Made by a program: the position numbers and the translations under genes. A stretch of 64,000 bases of DNA from Schmidtea polychroa (Eukaryota): the NCBI GenBank assembly GCA_044892525.1, contig CM097886.1, forward strand, positions 16,554,001-16,618,000, given 5' to 3'. Every line of letters begins with the position of its first letter. The first letter of the stretch is position 1. The notes under the pieces were generated by a model that saw only the letters and a list, made by a program, of their open reading frames with translations, had not been told where the DNA came from and did not search any database. Below are positions 26,964 through 37,861 of this stretch, in pieces.

Positions 26964-28559
26964 TGTTGGGCTAGAACTGATTTCTAGACCCAAAGTTAGG
27001 AATGGGACGAAATGTGTCAGTACACAACACGCATACCCAGCATTAAGTTTACTTAAATAAAAATATATAAAACACCAAGTAAACAATGATAATAGAGAGA
27101 TAATATACCCAAAAATAAAACATCTGAATTAAAAATAAAATAAAACACGAGCAAGAAGTATTACACGAAAACTTACTCAAATATAACCAAAAGACATAAA
27201 ACAACAAAAAACAAATTCGAATAAAGGCAATTAGTAAAAATTAAAAAAGAAAATTAAAGAAAATCTTCATAAAATCTTACGTAAAGAAAATTATATCGAT
27301 ATTTTGAATAAAAATCCAGAACAATTCATAAAAATGGCGAAATCCATCATGACGGCCAAACGACCCAATAAAATTTATAAAAAATAAATATTTTAGTTTA
27401 AAAAATAAATATTTTAGAAAAGAAATCATAAAAAACAATTTAAAAATAAGAAATAGATTAAATTTAGCATGGAATGTTCTGGAAATGCTGAAATCCATCA
27501 TGGAGGCAAATTTAATAAAAAATAATTCGAAAATAAAATTTCAAAAATAAAAACAAAAATTCTTACTGAAAAATCGCCATTAAAATCGATAAAAATTAAA
27601 AATCGAATGTTCGAGAATTAAAATAATTCGAATTTGTTTTACTGCATCAATGCACGCATGTATACTTACACGTCAAACAGAGGCTATATAAACTAACACA
27701 TTTCGTCACTTTTTAAGCAAGGAAAATATGCTAATGCTTACTCTTATGCCAAATTTTTGGGTTTTGATTTTTTCTGAGATTGTAGGTAAGAACGATTTCA
27801 TTGTGAATTATAAATTATTATTATTGAAACCTTGTTTTCATTATTTCTTTCTAACTATAGAAATGTAGGTTTGAGTGAGATCGTCGGTTATCATTGATTT
27901 TGAAGCGAGATCCCAGCCAACCCTGCACCTATGCACTTTATCATCGATGAGTACACAGTTCACAATGATTGCAGGCCACTGCCTGGCACGCACTTATCAA
28001 TATTATTGGTTTCCTTTTGTTCGGTCATCGGAGGTCGGCCACTTCATGGTTCTACCATGGAGTTGTGTCGATAAAACCCCTCCGCTATGGCTCCATATAT
28101 TTATTTATCGGTCGACAGCGATGTTTCGACTCCACACAACAGTAAGGTTTGTCGTAGTGGTCACAGTGGGGCCGCGAAAGCAAACACTCTTCCCGACTTT
28201 CAATGCATGAATAATTTACATAGTTAAAATCTACATCCAAAATCATCACAATACAATACACTAAGGTTAATAAACAGAGTAGATCTCAGACCTAAATTAA
28301 TCACAACTCTACAATTCACAATTAATGTAGACGGTTAAATATCATCAAGAACCAACTCTACCTATACGTTTGTCGAATCTAGATTTATAAATGTCTTAAA
28401 TAAATTTTCTAGTAATAGTTTAAAGTAAAGATTGTTTAAAAATGAGTGATTTAGTAGTGATAGTATTCATAAAGGTGTTCGACATGCGCATCAGCAAGAC
28501 TTGGATTTTAAATTGAATAGACTCTAAACTAACTATAAAAATTCAAATCGTAAACCCAT

Positions 28560-29230
28560 AACAGTATAAATTATCCTCTCAATTTCATAAAAATGTGAAT
28601 TATACTTATAGATTTAATTTCTTCAAAATATAAATTATGATTAGTTATAAAGGTATAAATTATAAATTTAATTTCTTGAAATTATAAATTACAAATTTGT
28701 ATTGACGATGAAAATTATAAATTATAACTCTAAGTTAATTATAAAAGTATAAATTATAATCTTAACTTCATAAAAATATAAATTATAAAATTATATTAGC
28801 TTTGGAAATATAAACTATAAATTGAACTTCACCAAATATAAATTATAAACTTAAAAGTATAAATTATAAAATTATATGGGCTCTAAAATATAAACTATAA
28901 ATTTAACTTCATAAAAATATAAATTATAAAATTATATTAGCTTTAAAATATAAACTATAAATTTAACTTCATAAAAATATAAATTATAAAATTATATTAG
29001 CTTTAAAATATAAACTATAAATTTAACTTAACTTCATAAAATATAAATTATAAACTCAAAAGTATAAATTATAAAATTATATTAGCTTTAAAAACATAAA
29101 CTATAAATTTAATTTCATAAAAATATAAACTTATATTGGCTGAAAGACTATAAATTATAATCTTAATTTGGTCATAAAAGTATAAAATATAAACTACGTT
29201 AGCGATAAAAATATAATCTATAAAAAGTTG
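28560..29230. repeat. AT-rich TATAAATTATAAAA satellite inside the LTR (also ~44825-45495)
   Basis: Recurring tataaattataaaattatattagctttaaaatataaac units with a period of ~60 bp. Confidence 0.85.
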
Positions 29231-29239
29231 TAAATATTT

Positions 29240-30260
29240 TATAAATACCCCCCCAAGTTACGTAATGGTCGAAACAAATGTCCAGATTCATAATCTAACT
29301 TATATATGTATATTTGAAACTTATAAAAGTATAACTTACCTTTTTCGTGAGTACCCCCCTCAAACTATACATTAGTCGAGAACAATATATATAGCAATAA
29401 ATTAACTTATATATGTGCAGTTATCAAACTTAATAATTCCTCAGATCACCTAACCATTAATTATTGTCTAAATACATTAATACATTATCTTTACGATATA
29501 AATTTGGAAAATTTTGATAAATGACCCCCCTTAATTCATATAACCATTAACCACTACCTGATACACTAATTTAGACTATTTAATATATATGCTTAACTTA
29601 GATTACCTTTAAAATTATAGTTGAAAAATTTTCATCAAAGACCCCCACAAACCATATAGTCATCAACTACCACCTAAATATACTAAATTAGCTTATCTTA
29701 ATATACATTTAATTTATATTATATTTAAAAATATAAATTGTAAATTTTTATGAATGACCCCCTCAGAATCATACAGTCACTACCCATTACCTAAGCATAC
29801 TAAATTAACTTATTTTAATATATATTTAACTATCAGTATATTTAAAATTCTAAATTGGAAATTTTCATAACTGACCCCCTCAAAATTATACATTCATTGT
29901 CCATTACTTAAATATACTAAATTGACTCATTTTTAATATATATTTAACTTATATTATATTTAAAAATGTAAATTGTAAATGTTCACACATGACCCCCCCC
30001 CCCCCTCAAACTTATACATACTAAATTGGCTTATTTTAATATATATTTAACTTACATTATAATAAAAAATATAAGTGGTAAAATTTCCTAAATGACCCCC
30101 CTCAAATTATATATTTATCTAAATTTACACTAAGATAGACTACTATTATATATATATGTATATGTGTGTGTGTATATGTGTATGTGTATATATATGTATA
30201 TATTCATCTTATATTTGATTTTAAAATGATAACTCTTAAAATTCCTAAATGACCCCCAAG
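29240..30260. repeat. Degenerate ~105-160-bp tandem array marked by ATGACCCCCCTCAAA inside the LTR (also ~45505-46520)
   Basis: C-tract motif recurs near 29247, 29352, 29521, 29641, 29755, 29875, 29989, 30092 and 30250, with shared atactaaatt...ttatttttaatatatatttaac context. Confidence 0.85.
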
Positions 30261-30961
30261 CTATATACCCGTGGTAATTTCATAAAGATATCAAGGTACA
30301 TTCGCCGTTTATCATTATTGTTATTTTAACATTACTGCTACTATCATTAGTATTACTATTACATTTTATTGATATCATTGATTTTATTTTCCCCAGTAAC
30401 CCCACTAAACTGATTATATTATTAAAGTAATTATTATTTCTTAAAAATAAAATTTTAAACAAAATTATCGATTTTGGGATTCCCCTATCTCTAAATTTAG
30501 TCTCGATGGCCCTATCTTCCAATAAAATTACGGAAAATCACGAAAATCTATTTTTAGTAACACCCCTCCCCCCTGAAAACGACATCAATATTATTAATTT
30601 AAATTATATCCATATATAGGTATGTGTGTATATGTATATGTATGTATATATATATGTGTGTGTGTGTATATATATATATAGGTGTGTGTGTATGTACATA
30701 CAGATTTATAAAGCAACCTTATAAAAATACGATAACCTTCCCCCTCAAGACCCCTGTTATGTGATGGTCACAACCCCCTTAAGGTGATGGAGCGAGGTTA
30801 GAGTAGTTTACTGAAGTAATTTAGTAGAATCATTTATTGATTTATTAGAATTATTGGATTTATTTTTAACTAAATCAAAAGAGACTAAATTTATTTTTAA
30901 CTAGATCAAAAAAAGGAAAAAGAAAAACAAAGACTAAGTTTATTGATTTCGATCATCAACT

Positions 30962-31427
30962 TTATTCATATAATTGTTTCTTTGAATCATAGTTATACCA
31001 AGGTCCTTCGAGCACGGTTGATGGACCATCCCAATGAAATACATTTCCTGGAGTTGGAAGACTTCTGGGTAATTCCTTATTTTCTGCTTCGTTCCTTTTG
31101 GTTCAATGACTTACATATTGATTTGACGTAATATTGTTGGATGGCCAACTATATTCCTTGCATCTCTTTTTGAGTAGTCATTGTCAGATAATTCCGCCAG
31201 GAAGATTAGTTGGTGGAACTGACCTTGGGGCAATCAAACCTTCGTACCTCACTGAATTATTATCAACTCGATTGCTAAGGAAATTAATGAAGTTAATTAA
31301 TTAAATTAAGGAAGTTAATTACAATTTTCTCATTGGTGTTGTCAAACGATCTTTGCTCATTCGAGATGTCATAATACATTATTGATCAATAGTAATTGTT
31401 CGGAGATTCGGCCGACTGCTGATATTC
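30962..31427 (-). pseudogene. Antisense spliced ORF inside the 5' LTR (48-nt intron 31322-31275), interrupted by stops
   Basis: ATG at 31372: MTSRMSKDRLTTPMRK|FNRVDNNSVRYEGLIAPRSVPPTNLPGGII*Q*LLKKRCKEYSWPSNNITSNQYVSH*TKRNEAENKELPRSLPTPGNVFHWDGPSTVLEGPWYNYDSKKQLYE*. An upstream 54-nt GT..AG intron is possible at 31481-31428. Confidence 0.55.
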
Positions 31428-32414
31428 CTGAAATATTATGAAATTTTAGGATATAAATGCTTAAAATTTTAATTTATTTACATTATTATATCAAAATTAA
31501 CTAAAATCATATATTTATTCAAAATTTGTTATTTAACATTAATTATAATTACTATAATAAAACAACGAAAATTTAAATAATGTTAAATAACTTTAACAAA
31601 ACAAAAAGTAATAATGAAATCAAAATTCCATTACTTTATTTAAATTATTAGTTACCAACTTGTTCTAGTATTTTAACATAATGAATTCAAGTATATTACG
31701 GAGTTAGTTTGGTCATTTGAGGAATATTATAAATTGAAAATTTAAGTAGATTAGAATTATTTACTCTTCATAAGAACTTTTATGATTGTAATGAATCTAA
31801 ACTTCATATATTAATATTACCCATAATTTACAAGTGATATTTGGATTATGTTAAAATAGGTTGTAAGTTAACTTAACTAAATTGAAATTCTCTTTTGATC
31901 AGGTTATCGTGGGGAATGCATGTTATCTTTATCATTTCTATTGTTTCAGTTTATTAAGTTTTTTTTTTATTTTCTAATTAAATTCATTAGTCTCAAAAAT
32001 TTCTTGAGGTTTGTTTAATAAACTATGGTTATGTTTCACTTAATTTATATTCAAACATTTTAGATGTGGTGTTGTATGAACAGGCTTTAATAGAGTAATG
32101 TATGATTCCTGATGACTTATGATCGTTTGAGGATAGAAAGTTTGTATAGGCATAGTTGAGGAAGTGATTATAATAAGGGACCTGCGTAAATCGGACATAC
32201 ATCTTCTAACGATAGTCCGTGAACCCATTAGAGTGCTCGACAATTACAGTGCAAGTAGTGCGCTCACTTTTTGCGAGTACTCACCCTCTTGATACAGTAC
32301 CAACGTTGATCGTTCAACGGGTATCAAGCGGTAAACAATGTTGTATTCTGGGTTACGCTGGAAACAGCACTAAAGAACAAAATATTTGATCATCAGTAAC
32401 CCACCATACAAATT

Positions 32415-32432
32415 TGGGGGCTCAGCCGGGAT
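32415..32432 (+). other. Primer-binding site, tRNA-Pro-like
   Basis: TGGGGGCTCAGCCGGGAT, 16/18 identical to the canonical tRNA-Pro PBS TGGGGGCTCGTCCGGGAT, 8 nt after the LTR end. Confidence 0.85.
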
Positions 32433-33307
32433 CTTAAACTTTCTTGGTAAAGGAACCTGTAAATAGACGGGAATACATAGCGTTTTTTTGATCAGGAAAT
32501 GAAATGCTTTATGCAAGAGTAAGAAAGATTGTTTTCTCAAATAAATAAACATGATGTGTGAATATGCGTGTATGATCAAAATGAATGTTGAATGTTGTAC
32601 ATGATGAATAAAAAGTTTCAAATTATGTAAATATAGAAAATCGATGAAACTAGATATGAGAATAATGCATGAGCGTTCCGTGTTGATGGGATAGAATGTT
32701 GATGGGTAAGAAATGAAAAAAAAAAAAAAAAAAAAAATCAAAAATAATAAAAATTGTAAATATAAACAACTAATACTTTGTAAATATAAGAAAATAATAA
32801 AAAACTCAAAAATAGGGAAAAGGGGGGATAGAAGATAACGGTATATAGAAAAAGGGGATAAAGCATAAAACAGTGAATTGCGAAATAGAAATAGATAGGT
32901 GATGCAATTAATTAAAAATAGGGGGAAGATGTAAAAATAAGTTAAAGATTAAAGGGTTATATTGAGTACTTGATCAAATGACTAAAATTAATGACACGCT
33001 GGGATCAAAAGGGTTACGTAGACTAAGATAATAAACTAGAGGGAACGAATAAGAATGCGCGGAACATCATTTAATGGATTGGGAGCCTAAACTAACAGGG
33101 TAAAACAGCTATTGAACATACTTAATTTGAATAAGGAAATAAATGGGTAGAGGTAAGCTAATTAAAGGGGAATAAGAACACTTAATAAAATTCTGAATTA
33201 ATAAAGTATAACTTGATGGAATTAACCGGCTACATTATAAAGAAACTTGAAAATTCGTAAATTTAACTAACAACTCACTACAAAGATTGAATTGAAAAGC
33301 AGAGCAG

Positions 33308-33719
33308 TTGGCAAACATCCAAGAAGGACTGATCTTAAAACCAAGACCAGTTGATGATGAATTGTGTATAATGACGAGAATTGCTACACCAAATGTGGAA
33401 TTAACTACTCAAAGAGTATATCAGATTCAGAATTTACGTTTAGATAAGGCCAAATTTAACATCAAATGGCAAGAATTAAAGATAAAAATTTAAACGGTTG
33501 AAGATGCGATAAGAGAGGCGATCGATAATGAGTTCAAATGTTGTGTGTGTAGAAGCAATGAGATAAAAATAATGATGGTACATTGCGGACATCGATGTTA
33601 TTACCAAGATTATGCATTGAAACTGAAACCATTGTAATGTATGTGATGCAAACGTGAGAGAAAGAGTAGTAGTATACATCCCTAAGGGAGATGTAGAAAA
33701 ATTAAAGATGATGAAATGA
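33308..33719 (+). pseudogene. Decayed coiled-coil + IAP/MDM2-type C3HC4 RING finger ORF
   Basis: ...KIKI*TVEDAIREAIDNEFKCCVCRSNEIKIMMVHCGHRCY[Y]QD[Y]ALKLK, a +1 shift, then CNVCDANVRERVVVYIP. Spacing fits C-x2-C-x11-C-G-H-x3-C-x2-C...C-x2-C, with the 5th and 6th ligands as TAC/TAT (Tyr). Confidence 0.75.
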
Positions 33720-34425
33720 ATTGCTGCTGAGTGTGAGTTAGTAAAAAGTTAGTAAAACTAATTCCATAATAGCAACCGAAAGGTATAAAACATACGTTGA
33801 ACATAGACATATGAAATACACAAAAGCCGTTAAATAAATAGACAAGCAACACACAAATTAAATTGGCGAAAGCCGTGAATTAAATACAGGACTGGCTGGG
33901 ATCGCATCAAGTGTGAGCTGATCTATAAGATCAGTACGATTACCATTTTTTTTTCCTGTTTTTTTTTTATTTTTGGCATAGAGAGACAGGACCATAAGGG
34001 GATGAGAAGCATATCGTCCCTACGATGCTTACCCGGATGGGGAAATCCTGATCACCTTGATGAGAAGAGTATAGTAGGGCCCATCGCAAATGTTGGGGAG
34101 TTTCTGTCGAGTGACTGATCACCACTTGTGGGAAATGAACCAACGCGATTATTATATTTTTTGAATTTGGGAGACAAGGACAAACTAGAAGGTAAATAAA
34201 AAGAAAAAGATAAAAAATAAAAATTGAAAAGGTGCACCAAAAGATAAAAATTTTAATTATCCGAGAGCAGCTGCGGATTTGAAGAAACCGTTTTTGGACT
34301 TCAAATTGGATGATATGAATTTTTCCCTAGCGAGTGATGAGGCACCCGAGTACAGCGGCTAACCACCGGACTGTAGTGTCCAGGAGATTATCAGCCAAGG
34401 GTCTGATGATGCTGGATCACCCAAT

Positions 34426-34990
34426 ACAAAAACCCGGATACCCACACCGAGTATTGGGTGCATTTTTTTTTGATTGGCTAGCGGGACTTGATACAAAAAC
34501 CCGGAAGGGTAGCGAGCGAGAGAGACCCAGTTACCTACACCGAGTATTAAGGAGCCCAGTGAAACGGTTGTGAGATGCGGGTCAACCGGTAAAGGACTCG
34601 TACTCAACAGGCAACCAAGATTGGACCAGTTGTGAGGCGGGAGACCGAGAGTCAACTGCATATCCAATTTCCTTTTATCTTCACTAGTCGGGAGATCTGG
34701 TTCATCACTTTTGAGAATCAAGATCGAGGCGATTAGGCATTTCCGTGTTTTTTAAATCCTGATAGATAGGATGTTTTTTCTTCGTGATTATTGCTAGCAG
34801 GGGTCGGTACAAAACCCGGATGCCCACACCGAGTACCGATAGGCCCAGTGAAACGGCGATGAGATTAGGGTTACCGGTATTAAACTCTTTTCAATAGGCG
34901 GCCAAGAATTGAGCTAGTTGTGAGGCCTCAGCAGATTAATAATTTGAGTAGGAGGAACCTTAAATTTTTAATTGGTCCGAAAGTCAACTG
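34426..34990. repeat. Degenerate direct repeats in the element's 5' leader
   Basis: acaaaa(a)cccgga...cacaccgagta at 34426, 34494 and 34809. The block cccagtgaaacgg...agttgtgaggc...gtcaactg occurs at ~34556 and ~34845. Confidence 0.8.
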
Positions 34991-35110
34991 TCAACTCAAT
35001 TTAATCGCGGTAGGGACGATAGTAGGTGTAAAAACTGAAGGCGTCTGGGGGTTGAAGAAACCTCATTTAGGGCATTTGAAACCGATCAGGGACCGAAGAC
35101 CGCGAATACG

Positions 35111-35480
35111 GCGTAAAGGTGTAAAAGCCCAGGCGTCTAGGAGTCGTAAAAGACTTCAAAGATTAAAAGTATAATTAAACCGGCCGGAAGCCGATGCCGA
35201 CGCGGAGGTCTAATAAACCGAAGCGTTGATGGTTGATAGTGAATTATATGGCGTAACGGTGTAAGAACCCAGGCGTCTAGGAGTCGTAAAAGACTTCAAA
35301 GTTTAAAATATGATTAAACCGGCCGGAAGCCGATGCCGACGCGGAGGTTTAATAAACCGAAGCGTTGATGGTTGATAGTGAATTATATGGCGTAATGGTG
35401 TTAAAGCCCAGGCGTCTAGGAGTCGTAAAAGACTTCATGAGATTAAAATGAGTTGATTAAACCGGCCAGAGAGCCGATGG
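35111..35480. repeat. 139-bp tandem repeat (2 full copies + 1 partial, with a degenerate tail to ~35600)
   Basis: ggcgtaa.ggtgt..aagcccaggcgtctaggagtcgtaaaagacttca...aaaccggcc...gccgatg starts at 35111, 35250 and 35389. Confidence 0.92.
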
Positions 35481-36052
35481 TAATTGAATGAAAATAAATG
35501 ATTTAAATGAAATAAGAGAGGTGATTAAACCAGCCAGGGAGCCGATGGTAAATAAATGTAGACGTAGAGGTCGCGCGAACCGAAGCGTCGATGATTAACT
35601 ATGAACGAAATAAAAGAGATAAACGATTAAGATGAAATCGATTAAATTGACATAGATTAAGTGCGACAAAGAGGTAATGATTAAAGGAAAATTATGATAG
35701 AGCGCCGGCGCAAGAGAAACTGAAACCAAATTTTTGAATGGGGAAAAGCGAATGAGGAGACGTTAATTAAGTTACTGATGAGTTTTATATGTATATGACT
35801 AATGATATATGTTTTCAATTATATAATTGATGTTGTGATTATATGATAGATAATTGATACGACGATATAGATAATTCATACGAGTTATAGATAATTAAAA
35901 ACGGACTTAAATTCAAAGGGGGTGAGTAACAAAAAGTAAAAGCGTACCATGAATTAGAAAAGGAACAACGAGAGAAATAATGAGTAAAGAGTAGTATAAA
36001 ATAAGGGAAATAAGGAAATAAATGAAGGGTAGGATAAAATGAATAAAATATT

Positions 36053-37861
36053 ATGATATGTACTAGGAGTGTTAATTATTTTAGAATAAAGCAAACCATT
36101 CAGAAGGAAATCAATAGAAGCCAAGAATTCAAGAGTAATAAAGAGAAATCAAAAATTCAAAAGAAACCAAGCAAAGAATCAAGAGAATCAAACGAGGATA
36201 GAAGAAAGGTAAACAAAGTCAAATTAAATACCAAGAGGAAAATTAAAGCGTTGGCCAACGAAACACAGTGAAATTCAAAAGAGATTATTAAAGCAAGAAA
36301 AATTGATAATAAAGCCAATCGAACGAGATCGCAGAGCAAAGGAGGCTCTAGTTTATTAGGAAACGCAGGGAGACAAAGAGCCAAGAGAAACAGAAGAATC
36401 AATAAGAAACCAGCGTCAGTGAAAACATTATTTGAATCAGACAGCTTAACCAACGAAAGTGAAAACAGCGACAATATTAAAAGAAACGAATTATATCCGG
36501 TAACTGATATCAAACCAACAGACAAGGAAGATAGTAGTTCAGACATAACAAGTTTGTGTCGAGATATAATGTTAGACGGAAACCAAGTGAACAACCCGAA
36601 TGGGTCAGAGTCGACATACACACCGGAGATAAACCATGTCAACGTCAATGTTGGAGAATTTAGAGAAAGATTTCGAGGAGAACCATTCGATGGGAATATT
36701 AATGAACTAGAAACGTTTATAAAAGAATTCGAGGTATATATTACGATATGTCACTGGCCAGACATAGTCGTACGAGAGCGAATACCATTATATTTAAGAG
36801 GAAGTGCACAAGATGTATATTTAGAGGCAAAGTGTGATGCAACAAAACTAAAAACATGGAAATCAATAAAGAATTTTTTAATAAAAACATTCGGTAGCAA
36901 AAGGGAAGTAAATCGCAAAATGTTGGATTTTCTGCATCGAAAGCAGAAATACAATGAGTCAAACGCACTATATGCATGTGAATTAAGACGACTGGCAAAA
37001 GAAGCATTCGATTCAAATCAAACAGTTCCGGAAGACAAGATAATAGCCGTATTCGTAGAGGGATTGAAAAGAAAGGACATACGAGCAACAGTGGGGTGCC
37101 GAGCACCAGACACGCTCGAGGAAGCATTAAAAATCGCTAATAAATGCGAAAACTACTTGACTCCAGTACAAGTAGCAGCAATGGCAGCAGTACCAATAGC
37201 TACAACACCAACAACGACAACCGAAATTAATCAAACCAACAATGGAAATCTAGGAATGAATCAATTTATCTCAGAATCGCAACAGTTCTTCAAGGCGCCA
37301 AAAACGACAAATCCAGATAACAGAGGTAATATTCAATTTTACACTAATAATTTCAGGAACAACGAGAACAATAATCGGAAGTGTAACATATGTCAACGAC
37401 TAGGACATTGGAGCAACGAGTGTTATAAGACAAGGATATGCCAAAATTGCGGTAAAAGGGGTCACACAGAAAATATATGCCGAGGACCAATGATGTCGAT
37501 GAGAGGAGGAAGGACTAGAACCTGCTACAGTTGCAACCAACTTGGACATGTGGCGAGAGAATGCGCGATGAGGACAAAGCATAATCAACCAAGAGCAAAC
37601 GAGTCAAGTCAAAATATACAAGTCAACATCATGCAGGAAATAGGACAGTTGAAAAAGATGATCCAACGGATACCAGAGGATATCCAAAAACGACCAACAA
37701 GAGAACAAAAAGATCAGCAACGAATCGAAGGGCAGAGACCACTAAACGAAAAAGCCAGAGAAATTCAAAAAGATGGAAAAGCGAGAAACCAACACCGGAA
37801 GAATAAATATGATGAGATTAATGAACAAAGGGGAACCGCACACTGCGGAGCAGTGTGTTAA
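36053..37861 (+). CDS. gag: Retrotransposon Gag with three CCHC zinc knuckles (one in-frame TGA at 36269-36271)
   Basis: Capsid-like FDGNINELETFIKEFE...LYLRGSAQDVY...FVEGLKRKDIR. Knuckles CNICQRLGHWSNEC, CQNCGKRGHTENIC and CYSCNQLGHVAREC. ORFs 36053 and 36419 are in the same frame. Confidence 0.9.

Larger units (their letters stand above)
26964..32406 (+). repeat. 5' LTR (5443 bp)
   Basis: Matches 43228-48668. By eye I found only one substitution (28447 G vs T) and a C13 vs C11 homopolymer difference near 29993. Confidence 0.96.

Noticed and set aside
27875-28210. 111-aa GTG-start ORF in the LTR (and its copy at 44139)
   Set aside because: No ATG, no motif, and its duplication is explained by the LTR.
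35111-35480. CRISPR-like array (also the 27-bp repeats at 23477)
   Set aside because: Eukaryotic context, no unique spacers between identical repeats, and no cas genes; these are plain tandem repeats.
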